Positions 27,201 to 40,900 of a DNA stretch of 64,000 bases are shown piece by piece. Each line of letters begins with the position of its first letter. Position 1 is the stretch's first letter. The notes below the pieces were generated by a model. It made no database searches, was not told where the DNA came from, and was given only the letters and a program-made list of their open reading frames with translations. Origin of the DNA: Nemertoderma westbladi (lineage: Eukaryota; Animalia; Xenacoelomorpha); contig JAUCBJ010008363.1 of the NCBI GenBank assembly GCA_032718475.1, positions 62,001 to 126,000 on the forward strand, in the 5' to 3' direction. A program made the position numbers and the translations under genes.

Positions 27201-30200
27201 GGAGATTTTAATAAATTATTGCTGAAAAACACCAAGGATTTTGACATGGCTTTAATACTTCATTATGTTCATGAAAAAACTGAGATATTTGAGGTTATTG
27301 CATTACATAATAACTTTAACTCCAGCCACATTAGCAATACGATGAAACTATAATAAATATTCTAGAACACAACAATATTAACAGGGAGATAGGCAACTTA
27401 TCTCTTCACTCTGAGAGCCTCAAAAACGGGGTGTTCCGACGCAATCAAATTTCATCTATCTCCAGGGGAAAGACGCAGCAAAGAACAGCTGATTACTTCG
27501 ATAAATGTAAGTGTTACCTGTTCTTTTGACTTTCATTTAAGATTCTTTATCTTGTGGAGTGGGTTAGAAGTCATGAATATGAAAATCGATGTCGTTTTTT
27601 GTAAAAAATCAGAGGAGATTTTAACGCAATCAAAATTCATCCATCTCCAGGGGAAAGACGAAGCAAAGAACAGCTGATTACTTCGATAAATGTAAGTGTT
27701 ACCTGTTCTTTTGACTTTCATTTAAGATTCATTATTTTGTGGAGTGGGTTAGAAGTCATGAATATGAAAATCGATGTCGTTTTTTGTAAAAAATCAGAGG
27801 AGATTTTAATTAATTATTGCTGAAAAACACCAAGGATTTTGACAAGGATTTAATACTCATTATATTCATGAAATAGCTGAGAAATTTGAGGTGAATTATT
27901 GCATTACATAATAACTTTAACTCCTGCCACATTAGCAATACGATGAAACTATAATAAATATTCTAGAACACAACAATATTAACAGGGATATAGGCTACTT
28001 ATCTCTTCACTCTGAGAGCCTCAAAAAAGGGGTGTTCCGACGCAATCAAAATTCATCCATCTCCAGGGGAAAGACGATGCAAAGAACAGCTGATTACTTC
28101 TATAAATGTAAGTGTTACCTGTTCTTTTGATTTTCATTAAAGATTCGCTATCTCATGGAGTGGGTTAGAAGTTATAAATATGAAAATCGATGTGGTTTTT
28201 GAAAAAAATCAAAGGATATTTTGATTAATTATTGCTGAAAAACACCAAGGATTTTGACATGGCTTTAATACTTCATTATGTTCATGAAAAAACTGAGATA
28301 TTTGAGGTGAATTATTGCATTACATAATAACTTTAACTCCAGCCACATTAGCAATACGATGAAACTATAATAAATATTCTAGAACACAACAATATTAACA
28401 GGGAGATAGGCTACTTATCTCTTCACTCTGAGAGCCTCAAAAACGGGGTGTTCCGACGCAATCAAATTTCATCCATCTCCAGGGGAAAGACGATGCAAAG
28501 AACAGCTGATTACTTCTATAAATGTAAGTGTTACCTGTTCTTTAGACTTTCATTTAAGATTCGCTATCTCATGGAGTGGGTTAGAAGTTATAAATATGAA
28601 AATCGATGTGGTTTTTTAAAAAAATCAAAGGATATTTTGATTAATTATTGCTGAAAAACACCAAGGATTTTGACATAGCTTTAATACTTCATTATGTTCA
28701 TGAAAAAACTGAGATATTTGAGGTGAATTATTGCATTACATAATAACTTTAACTCCAGCCACATTAGCAATACGATGAAACTATAATAAATATTCTAGAA
28801 CACAACAATATTAACAGGGAGATAGGCTACTTATCTCTTCACTCTGAGAGCCTCAAAAACGGGGTGTTCCGACGCAATCAAATTTCATCCATCTCCAGGG
28901 GAAAGACGATGCAAAGAACAGCTGATTACTTCTATAAATGTAAGTGTTACCTGTTCTTTAGACTTTCATTTAAGATTCTTTATCTTGTGGAGTGGGTTAG
29001 AAGTCATGAATATGAAAATCGATGTCGTTTTTTGTAAAAAATCAGAGGAGATTTTAACGCAATCAAAATTCATCCATCTCCAGGGGAAAGACGAAGCAAA
29101 GAACAGCTGATTACTTCGATAAATGTAAGTGTTACCTGTTATTTTGACTTTCATTTAAGATTCATTATTTTGTGGAGTGGGTTAGAAGTCATGAATATGA
29201 AAATCTATGTCGTTTTTTGTAAAAAATCAGAGGAGATTTTAATAAATTATTGCTGAAAAACACCAAGGATTTTGACAAGGTTTTAATACTCATTATATTC
29301 ATGAAATAGCTGAGAAATTTGAGGTGAATTATTGCATTACATAATAACTTTAACTCCTGCCACATTAGCAATACGATGAAACTATAATAAATATTCTAGA
29401 ACACAACAATATTAACAGGGATATAGGCTACTTATCTCTTCACTCTGAGAGCCTCAAAAAAGGGGTGTTCCGACGCAATCAAAATTTATCCATCTCCAGG
29501 GGAAAGACGATGCAAAGAACAGCTGATTACTTCTATAAATGTAAGTGTTACCTGTTCTTTTGATTTTCATTAAAGATTCGCTATCTCATGGAGTGGGTTA
29601 GAAGTTATAAATATGAAAATCGATGTGGTTTTTGAAAAAAATTAAAGGATATTTTGATTAATTATTGCTGAAAAACACCAAGGATTTTGACATGGCTTTA
29701 ATACTTCATTATGTTCATGAAAAAACTGAGATATTTGAGGTGAATTATTGCATTACATAATAACTTTAACTCCAGCCACATTAGCAATACGATGAAACTA
29801 TAATAAATATTCTAGAACACAACAATATTAACAGGGAGATAGGCAACTTATCTCTTCACTCTGAGAGCCTCAAAAACGGGGTGTTCCGACGCAATCAAAT
29901 TTCATCTATCTCCAGGGGAAAGACGCAGCAAAGAACAGCTGATTACTTCGATAAATGTAAGTGTTACCTGTTCTTTAGACTTTCATTTAAGATTCGCTAT
30001 CTCATGGAGTGGGTTAGAAGTTATAAATATGAAAATCGATGTGGTTTTTTAAAAAAATCAAAGGATATTTTGATTAATTATTGCTGAAAAACACCAAGGA
30101 TTTTGACATGGCTTTAATACTTCATTATGTTCATGAAAAAACTGAGATATTTGAGGTGAATTATTGCATTACATAATAACTTTAACTCCAGCCACATTAG

Positions 30201-33200
30201 CAATACGATGAAACTATAATAAATATTCTAGAACACAACAATATTAACAGGGAGATAGGCTACTTATCTCTTCACTCTGAGAGCCTCAAAAACGGGGTGT
30301 TCCGACGCAATCAAATTTCATCCATCTCCAGGGGAAAGACGATGCAAAGAACAGCTGATTACTTCTATAAATGTAAGTGTTACCTGTTCTTTAGACTTTC
30401 ATTTAAGATTCTTTATCTTGTGGAGTGGGTTAGAAGTCATGAATATGAAAATCGATGTCGTTTTTTGTAAAAAATCAGAGGAGATTTTAACGCAATCAAA
30501 ATTCATCCATCTCCAGGGGAAAGACGAAGCAAAGAACAGCTGATTACTTCGATAAATGTAAGTGTTACCTGTTCTTTTGACTTTCATTTAAGATTCATTA
30601 TTTTGTGGAGTGGGTTAGAAGTCATGAATATGAAAATCAATGTCGTTTTTTGTAAAAAATCAGAGGAGATTTTAATAAATTATTGCTGAAAAACACCAAG
30701 GATTTTGACAAGGATTTAATACTCATTATATTCATGAAATAGCTGAGAAATTTGAGGTGAATTATTGCATTACATAATAACTTTAACTCCTGCCACATTA
30801 GCAATACGATGAAACTATAATAAATATTCTAGAACACAACAATATTAACAGGGATATAGGCTACTTATCTCTTCACTCTGAGAGCCTCAAAAAAGGGGTG
30901 TTCCGACGCAATCAAAATTTATCCATCTCCAGGGGAAAGACGATGCAAAGAACAGCTGATTACTTCTATAAATGTAAGTGTTACCTGTTCTTTTGATTTT
31001 CATTAAAGATTCGCTATCTCATGGAGTGGGTTAGAAGTTATAAATATGAAAATCAATGTGGTTTTTGAAAAAAATCAAAGGATATTTTGATTAATTATTG
31101 CTGAAAAACACCAAGGATTTTGACATGGCTTTAATACTTCATTATGTTCATGAAAAAACTGAGATATTTGAGGTGAATTATTGCATTACATAATAACTTT
31201 AACTCCAGCCACATTAGCAATACGATGAAACTATAATAAATATTCTAGAACACAACAATATTAACAGGGAGATAGGCAACTTATCTCTTCACTCTGAGAG
31301 CCTCAAAAACGGGGTGTTCCGACGCAATCAAATTTCATCTATCTCCAGGGGAAAGACGCAGCAAAGAACAGCTGATTACTTCGATAAATGTAAGTGTTAC
31401 CTGTTCTTTTGACTTTCATTTAAGATTCTTTATCTTGTGGAGTGGGTTAGAAGTCATGAATATGAAAATCGATGTCGTTTTTTGTAAAAAATCAGAGGAG
31501 ATTTTAACGCAATCAAAATTCATCCATCTCCAGGGGAAAGACGAAGCAAAGAACAGCTGATTACTTCGATAAATGTAAGTGTTACCTGTTCTTTTGACTT
31601 TCATTTAAGATTCATTATTTTGTGGAGTGGGTTAGAAGTCATGAATATGAAAATCGATGTCGTTTTTTGTAAAAAATCAGAGGAGATTTTAATTAATTAT
31701 TGCTGAAAAACACCAAGGATTTTGACAAGGATTTAATACTCATTATATTCATGAAATAGCTGAGAAATTTGAGGTGAATTATTGCATTACATAATAACTT
31801 TAACTCCTGCCACATTAGCAATACGATGAAACTATAATAAATATTCTAGAACACAACAATATTAACAGGGATATAGGCTACTTATCTCTTCACTCTGAGA
31901 GCCTCAAAAAAGGGGTGTTCCGACGCAATCAAAATTCATCCATCTCCAGGGGAAAGACGATGCAAAGAACAGCTGATTACTTCTATAAATGTAAGTGTTA
32001 CCTGTTCTTTTGATTTTCATTAAAGATTCGCTATCTCATGGAGTGGGTTAGAAGTTATAAATATGAAAATCGATGTGGTTTTTGAAAAAAATCAAAGGAT
32101 ATTTTGATTAATTATTGCTGAAAAACACCAAGGATTTTGACATGGCTTTAATACTTCATTATGTTCATGAAAAAACTGAGATATTTGAGGTGAATTATTG
32201 CATTACATAATAACTTTAACTCCAGCCACATTAGCAATACGATGAAACTATAATAAATATTCTAGAACACAACAATATTAACAGGGAGATAGGCTACTTA
32301 TCTCTTCACTCTGAGAGCCTCAAAAACGGGGTGTTCCGACGCAATCAAATTTCATCCATCTCCAGGGGAAAGACGATGCAAAGAACAGCTGATTACTTCT
32401 ATAAATGTAAGTGTTACCTGTTCTTTAGACTTTCATTTAAGATTCGCTATCTCATGGAGTGGGTTAGAAGTTATAAATATGAAAATCGATGTGGTTTTTT
32501 AAAAAAATCAAAGGATATTTTGATTAATTATTGCTGAAAAACACCAAGGATTTTGACATGGCTTTAATACTTCATTATGTTCATGAAAAAACTGAGATAT
32601 TTGAGGTGAATTATTGCATTACATAATAACTTTAACTCCAGCCACATTAGCAATACGATGAAACTATAATAAATATTCTAGAACACAACAATATTAACAG
32701 GGAGATAGGCAACTTATCTCTTCACTCTGAGAGCCTCAAAAACGGGGTGTTCCGACGCAATCAAATTTCATCTATCTCCAGGGGAAAGACGCAGCAAAGA
32801 ACAGCTGATTACTTCGATAAATGTAAGTGTTACCTGTTCTTTTGACTTTCATTTAAGATTCTTTATCTTGTGGAGTGGGTTAGAAGTCATGAATATGAAA
32901 ATCGATGTCGTTTTTTGTAAAAAATCAGAGGAGATTTTAACGCAATCAAAATTCATCCATCTCCAGGGGAAAGACGCAGCAAAGAACAGCTGATTACTTC
33001 GATAAATGTAAGTGTTACCTGTTCTTTTGACTTTCATTTAAGATTCTTTATCTTGTGGAGTGGGTTAGAAGTCATGAATATGAAAATCGATGTCGTTTTT
33101 TGTAAAAAATCAGAGGAGATTTTAATAAATTATTGCTGAAAAACACCAAGGATTTTGACAAGGATTTAATACTCATTATATTCATGAAATAGCTGAGAAA

Positions 33201-36200
33201 TTTGAGGTGAATTATTGCATTACATAATAACTTTAACTCCAGCCACATTAGCAATACGATGAAACTATAATAAATATTCTAGAACACAACAATATTAACA
33301 GGGATATAGGCTACTTATCTCTTCACTCTGAGAGCCTCAAAAAAGGGGTGTTCCGACGCAATCAAAATTCATCCATCTCCAGGGGAAAGACGATGCAAAG
33401 AACAGCTGATTACTTCGATAAATGTAAGTGTTACCTGTTCTTTTGACTTTCATTTAAGATTCTTTATCTTGTGGAGTGGGTTAGAAGTCATGAATATGAA
33501 AATCGATGTCGTTTTTTGTAAAAAATCAGAGGAGATTTTTATAAATTATTGCTGAAAAACACCAAGGATTATGACAAGGATTTAATACTCATTATATTCA
33601 TGAAATAGCTGAGAAATTTGAGGTGAATTATTGCATTACATAATAACTTTAACTCCAGCCACATTAGCAATACGATGAAACTATAATAAATATTCTAGAA
33701 CACAACAATATTAACAGGGATATAGGCTACTTATCTCTTCACTCTGAGAGCCTCAAAAACGGGGTGTTCCGACGCAATCAAATTTCATCCATCTCCAGGG
33801 GAAAGACAATGCAAAGAACAGCTGATTACTTCTATAAATGTAAGTGTTACCTGTTCTTTTGACTTTCATTTAAGATTCGCTATCTCATGGAGTGGGTTAG
33901 AAGTTATAAATATAAAAATCGATGTGGTTTTTGAAAAAAATCAAAGGATATTTTGATTAATTATTGCTGAAAAACACCAAGGATTTTGACATGGCTTTGA
34001 TACTTCATTATGTTTATGAAAAAACTGAGATATTTGAGGTGAATTATTGCATTACATAATAACTTTAACTCCAGCCACATTAGCAATACGATGAAACTAT
34101 AATAAATATTCTAGAACACAACAATATTAACAACGATATAGGTTACTTATCTCTTCACTCTGAGAGCCTCAGAAAAGGGGTGTTCCAACGCAATCAAAAT
34201 TCATCCATCTCCAGGGGAAAGACGAAGCAAAGAACAGCTGATTACTTCGATAAATGTAAGTGTTACCTGTTCTTTTGACTTTCATTTAAGATTCATTATT
34301 TTGTAGAGTGGGTTAGAAGTCATGAATATGAAAATCGATGTCGTTTTTTGTAAAAAATCAGAGGAGATTTTAATAAATTATTGCTGAAAAACACCAAGGA
34401 TTTTGACAAGGATTTAATACTCATTATATTCATGAAATAGCTGAGAAATTTGAGGTGAATTATTGCATTACATAATAACTTTAACTCCAGCCACATTAGC
34501 AATACGATGAAACTATAATAAATATTCTAGAACACAACAATATTAACAGGGATATAGGCTACTTATCTCTTCACTCTGAGAGCCTCAAAAAAGGGGTGTT
34601 CCGACGCAATCAAAATTCATCCATCTCCAGGGGAAAGACGATGCAAAGAACAGCTGATTACTTCTATAAATGTAAGTGTTACCTGTTCTTTTGACTTTCA
34701 TTTAAGATTCGCTATCTCATGGAGTGGGTTAGAAGTTATAAATATGAAAATCGATGTGGTTTTTGAAAAAAATCAAAGGATATTTTGATTAATTATTGCT
34801 GAAAAACACCAAGGATTTTGACATGGCTTTAATACTTCATTATGTTCATGAAAAAACTGAGATATTTGAGGTGAATTATTGCATTACATAATAACTTTAA
34901 CTCCAGCCACATTAGCAATACGATGAAACTATAATAAATATTCTAGAACACAACAATATTAACAGGGAGATAGGCTACTTATCTCTTCACTCTGAGAGCC
35001 TCAAAAACGGGGTGTTCCGACGCAATCAAATTTCATCCATCTCCAGGGGAAAGACGATGCAAAGAACAGCTGATTACTTCTATAAATGTAAGTGTTACCT
35101 GTTCTTTAGACTTTCATTTAAGATTCTTTATCTTGTGGAGTGGGTTAGAAGTCATGAATATGAAAATCGATGTCGTTTTTTGTAAAAAATCAGAGGAGAT
35201 TTTAACGCAATCAAAATTCATCCATCTCCAGGGGAAAGACGAAGCAAAGAACAGCTGATTACTTCGATAAATGTAAGTGTTACCTGTTCTTTTGACTTTC
35301 ATTTAAGATTCATTATTTTGTGGAGTGGGTTAGAAGTCATGAATATGAAAATCAATGTCGTTTTTTGTAAAAAATCAGAGGAGATTTTAATAAATTATTG
35401 CTGAAAAACACCAAGGATTTTGACAAGGATTTAATACTCATTATATTCATGAAATAGCTGAGAAATTTGAGGTGAATTATTGCATTACATAATAACTTTA
35501 ACTCCTGCCACATTAGCAATACGATGAAACTATAATAAATATTCTAGAACACAACAATATTAACAGGGATATAGGCTACTTATCTCTTCACTCTGAGAGC
35601 CTCAAAAAAGGGGTGTTCCGACGCAATCAAAATTTATCCATCTCCAGGGGAAAGACGATGCAAAGAACAGCTGATTACTTCTATAAATGTAAGTGTTACC
35701 TGTTCTTTTGATTTTCATTAAAGGTTCGCTATCTCATGGAGTGGGTTAGAAGTTATAAATATGAAAATCGATGTGGTTTTTGAAAAAAATCAAAGGATAT
35801 TTTGATTAATTATTGCTGAAAAACACCAAGGATTTTGACATGGCTTTAATACTTCATTATGTTCATGAAAAAACTGAGATATTTGAGGTGAATTATTGCA
35901 TTACATAATAACTTTAACTCCAGCCACATTAGCAATACGATGAAACTATAATAAATATTCTAGAACACAACAATATTAACAGGGAGATAGGCTACTTATC
36001 TCTTCACTCTGAGAGCCTCAAAAACGGGGTGTTCCGACGCAATCAAATTTCATCTATCTCCAGGGGAAAGACGCAGCAAAGAACAGCTGATTACTTCGAT
36101 AAATGTAAGTGTTACCTGTTCTTTTGACTTTCATTTAAGATTCTTTATCTTGTGGAGTGGGTTAGAAGTCATGAATATGAAAATCGATGTCGTTTTTTGT

Positions 36201-36321
36201 AAAAAATCAGAGGAGATTTTAACGCAATCAAAATTCATCCATCTCCAGGGGAAAGACGAAGCAAAGAACAGCTGATTACTTCGATAAATGTAAGTGTTAC
36301 CTGTTCTTTTGACTTTCATTT
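9261..36321 (+). repeat. 18 interspersed copies of a 185/186-bp truncated monomer (~231-bp internal deletion)
   Basis: Junction GAGGA(G/T)ATTTTAA|CGCAATCAAAATTC, first at ~9345. Monomer starts 9261 and 9446 are 185 apart. It is marked by the 18 'MKVK...' minus-strand ORFs (9255 to 36131). Confidence 0.93.
10280..21050 (+). repeat. ~4.3-kb higher-order unit repeated at 6571-bp spacing with a nested ~2.27-kb duplication between the copies
   Basis: ORF offsets 10276->16847 and 11297->17868 are 6571, 12352->18924 is 6572, and 13181->15448 and 13559->15826 are 2267. Private variants CCACATCAGC (~10670/17241), GAGGTTAAT, CCAGATGAAAG and GAGTGGTTT are shared. Confidence 0.85.
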
Positions 36322-37985
36322 AAGATTCATTATTTTGTGGAGTGGGTTAGAAGTCATGAATATGAAAATCGATGTCGTTTTTTGTAAAAAATCAGAGGAG
36401 ATTTTAATTAATTATTGCTGAAAAACACCAAGGATTTTGACAAGGATTTAATACTCATTATATTCATGAAATAGCTGAGAAATTTGAGGTGAATTATTGC
36501 ATTACATAATAACTTTAACTCCTGCCACATTAGCAATACGATGAAACTATAATAAATATTCTAGAACACAACAATATTAACAGGGATATAGGCTACTTAT
36601 CTCTTCACTCTGAGAGCCTCAAAAAAGGGGTGTTCCGACGCAATCAAAATTCATCCATCTCCAGGGGAAAGACGATGCAAAGAACAGCTGATTACTTCTA
36701 TAAATGTAAGTGTTACCTGTTCTTTTGATTTTCATTAAAGATTCGCTATCTCATGGAGTGGGTTAGAAGTTATAAATATGAAAATCGATGTGGTTTTTGA
36801 AAAAAATCAAAGGATATTTTGATTAATAATTGCTGAAAAACACCAAGGATTTTGACATGGCTTTAATACTTCATTATGTTCATGAAAAAACTGAGATATT
36901 TGAGGTGAATTATTGCATTACATAATAACTTTAACTCTAGCCACATTAGCAATACGATGAAACTATAATAAATATTCTAGAACACAACAATATTAACAGG
37001 GAGATAGGCTACTTATCTATTCACTCTGAGAGCCTCAAAAACGGGGTGTTCCGACGCAATCAAATTTCATCCATCTCCAGGGGAAAGACGATGCAAAGAA
37101 CAGCTGATTACTTCTATAAATGTAAGTGTTACCTGTTCTTTAGACTTTCATTTAAGATTCGCTATCTCATGGAGTGGGTTAGAAGTTATAAATATGAAAA
37201 TCGATGTGGTTTTTTAAAAAAATCAAAAGATATTTTGATTAATTATTGCTGAAAAACACCAAGGATTTTGACATGGCTTTAATACTTCATTATGTTCATG
37301 AAAAAACTGAGATATTTGAGGTGAATTATTGCATTACATAATAACTTTAACTCCAGCCACATTAGCAATACGATGAAACTATAATAAATATTCTAGAACA
37401 CAACAATATTAACAGGGAGATAGGCTACTTATCTCTTCACTCTGAGAGCCTCAAAAACGGGGTGTTCCGACGCAATCAAATTTCATCTATCTCCAGGGGA
37501 AAGACGCAGCAAAGAACAGCTGATTACTTCGATAAATGTAAGTGTTACCTGTTCTTTTGACTTTCATTTAAGATTCTTTATCTTGTGGAGTGGGTTAGAA
37601 GTCATGAATATGAAAATCGATGTCGTTTTTTGTAAAAAATCAGAGGAGATTTTAATAAATTATTGCTGAAAAACACCAAGGATTTTGACAAGGATTTAAT
37701 ACTCATTATATTCATAAAATAGCTGAGAAATTTGAGGTGAATTATTGCATTACATAATAACTTTAACTCCTGCCACATTAGCAATACGATGAAACTATAA
37801 TAAATATTCTAGAACACAACAATATTAACAGGGATATAGGCTACTTATCTCTTCACTCTGAGAGCCTCAAAAAAGGGGTGTTCCGACGCAATCAAAATTC
37901 ATCCATCTCCAGGGGAAAGACGATGCAAAGAACAGCTGATTACTTCTATAAATGTAAGTGTTACCTGTTCTTTTGATTTTCATTA

Positions 37986-40900
37986 AAGATTCGCTATCTC
38001 ATGGAGTGGGTTAGAAGTTATAAATATGAAAATCGATGTGGTTTTTGAAAAAAATCAAAGGATATTTTGATTAATTATTGCTGAAAAACACCAAGGATTT
38101 TGACATGGCTTTAATACTTCATTATGTTCATGAAAAAACTGAGATATTTGAGGTGAATTATTGCATTACATAATAACTTTAACTCCAGCCACATTAGCAA
38201 TACGAGGAAACTATAATAAATATTCTAGAACACAACAATATTAACAGGGAGATAGGCTACTTATCTCTTCACTCAGAGAGCCTCAAAAACGGGGTGTTCC
38301 GACGCAATCAAATTAAATCTATCTCCAGGGGAAAGACGATGCAAAGAACAGCTGAATACTTCTATAAATGTAAGTGTTACCTGTTCTTTTGACTTTCATT
38401 TAAGATTCGCTATCTCATGGAGTGGGTTAGAAGTTATAAATATGAAAATCGATGTGGTTTTTGAAAAAAATCAAAGGATATTTTGATTAATTATTGCTGA
38501 AAAACACCAAGGATTTTGACATGGCTTTAATACTTCATTATGTTCATGAAAAAACTGAGATATTTGAGGTGAATTATTGCATTACATAATAACTTTAACT
38601 CCAGCCACATTAGCAATACGAGGAAACTATAATAAATATTCTAGAACACAACAATATTAACAGGGATATAGGCTACTTATCTCTTCACTCTGAGAGCCTC
38701 AAAAAAGGGGTGTTCCGACGCAATCAAAATTCATCCATCTCCAGGGGAAAGACGATGCAAAGAACAGCTGATTACTTCTATAAATATAAGTGTTACCTGT
38801 TCTTTTGATTTTCATTTAAGATTCGCTATCTCATGGAGTGGCTTAGAAGTTATAAATATGAAAATCGATGTGGTTTTTGAAAAAAATCAAAGGATATTTT
38901 GATTAATTATTGCTAAAAAACACCAAGGATTTTGACATGGCTTTAATACTTCATTATGTTCATGAAAAAACTGAGATATTTGAGGTGAATTATTGCATTA
39001 CATAATAACTTTAACTCCAGCCACATTAGCAATACGATGAAACTATAATAAATATTCTAGAACACAACAATATTAACAGGGAGATAGGCTACTTATCTCT
39101 TCACTCTGAGAGCCTCAAAAACGGGGTGTTCCGACGCAATCAAATTTCATCCATCTCCAGGGGAAAGACGATGCAAAGAACAGCTGATTACTTCTATAAA
39201 TGTAAGTGTTACCTGTTCTTTTGACTTTCATTTAAGATTCGCTATCTCATGGAGTGGGTTAGAAGTTATAAATATAAAAATCGATGTGGTTTTTGAAAAA
39301 ATCAAAGGATATTTTGATTAATTATTGCTGAAAAACACCAAGGATTTTGACATGGCTTTAATACTTCATTATGTTCATGAAAAAATTGAGATATTTGAGG
39401 TGAATTATTGCATTACATAATAACGTTAACTCCAGCCACATTAGCAATACGATGAAACTATAATAAATATTCTAGAACACAACAATATTAACAGGGATAT
39501 AGGCTACTTATCTCTTCACTCTGAGAGCCTCAAAAAAGGGGTGTTCCGACGCAATCAAAATTCATCCATCTCCAGGGGAAAGACGATGCAAAGAACAGCT
39601 GATTACTTCTATAAATATAAGTGTTACCTGTTCTTTTGATTTTCATTTAAGATTCGCTATCTCATGGAGTGGGTTAGAAGTTATAAATATGAAAATCGAT
39701 GTGGTTTTTGAAAAAAATCAAAGGATATTTTGATTAATTATTGCTGAAAAACACCAAGGATTTTGACATGGCTTTAATACTTCATTATGTTCATGAAAAA
39801 ACTGAGATATTTGAGGTGAATTATTGCATTACATAATAACTTTAACTCCAGCCACATTAGCAATACGATGAAACTATAATAAATATTCTAGAACACAACA
39901 ATATTAACAGGGATATAGGCTACTTATCTCTTCACTCTGAGAGCCTCAAAAAAGGGGTGTTCCGACGCAATCAAAATTCATCCATCTCCAGGGGAAAGAC
40001 GATGCAAAGAACAGCTGATTACTTCTATAAATGTAAGTGTTACCTGTTCTTTTGATTTTCATTTAAGATTCGCTATCTCATGGAGTGGGTTAGAAGTTAT
40101 AAATATGAAAATTGATGTGGTTTTTGAAAAAAATCAAAGGATATTTTGATTAATTATTGCTGAAAAACACCAAGGATTTTGACATGGCTTTAATACTCAT
40201 TATATTCATGAAATAGCTGAGAAATTTGAGGTGAATTATTGTAACACATATTAACTTTGGCTCCAGCCGCTTTGGCAAATTAATAAATTATTGCTGAAAA
40301 ACCCCAAGGATTTTGACATGGCTTTAAAACTTCATTACGTTTATGAAAAAACTGAGATATTTGAGGTGAATTATTGCATTACATAATAACTTTAACTCCA
40401 GCCACATTAGCAATATGATGAAACTATAATAAATATTCTAGAACACAACAATATTAACAGGGAGAAGGCTACTTATCTCTCCATTCAGACAGCCACAGAT
40501 AGGGAGGGGTGTTTTGACACAATCAAAATTCAACCATCTCCAGGGGAAAGATGAATCAAATAACAGCTGATTACTTCTATAAATGTAAGTGTTACCTGTT
40601 TTTTGACTTTCGTTTAAGATTCTGCATCTTGTGGACTGGGATAGAAGTCATGAATATGAAAATCGATGTCATTTTTTGTAAAAAAAAAGAGGAGATTTTG
40701 ATAAATTATTGCAGAAAAACACCAAGGATTTTGACATGACTTTAATACTAAGTTATTGATTGTATTACATATTAACTTCGGCTGCAGCAGCTTTGGCAAT
40801 ACGATGAAATTATAATAAATATTCTAGAACACAACAATCTTTACAGGGAGATAGGCTACTTATCTCTTCACTCTGAGAGCCTCAAAAACGGGGTATTCCG

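Larger units (their letters stand above)
106..37985 (+). repeat. Proximal satellite domain: mosaic of A-type and B-type monomers, with 185-bp truncated units from 9.26 kb onward
   Basis: A type: CGCTATCTCATGG / TTATAAAT / GTGGTTTTTGAAAAAAATCAAAGGATAT / CATGGCTTT. B type: CTTTATCTTGTGG or CATTATTTTGTGG / TCATGAAT / GTCGTTTTTTGTAAAAAATCAGAGGAGAT / CAAGGATTT. The two alternate irregularly. Confidence 0.85.

Noticed and set aside
20500-27300. Singleton small indels (5-bp insertion at ~20505, 3-bp deletion at ~27295)
   Set aside because: They are isolated slippage-type events with no propagation or pattern.
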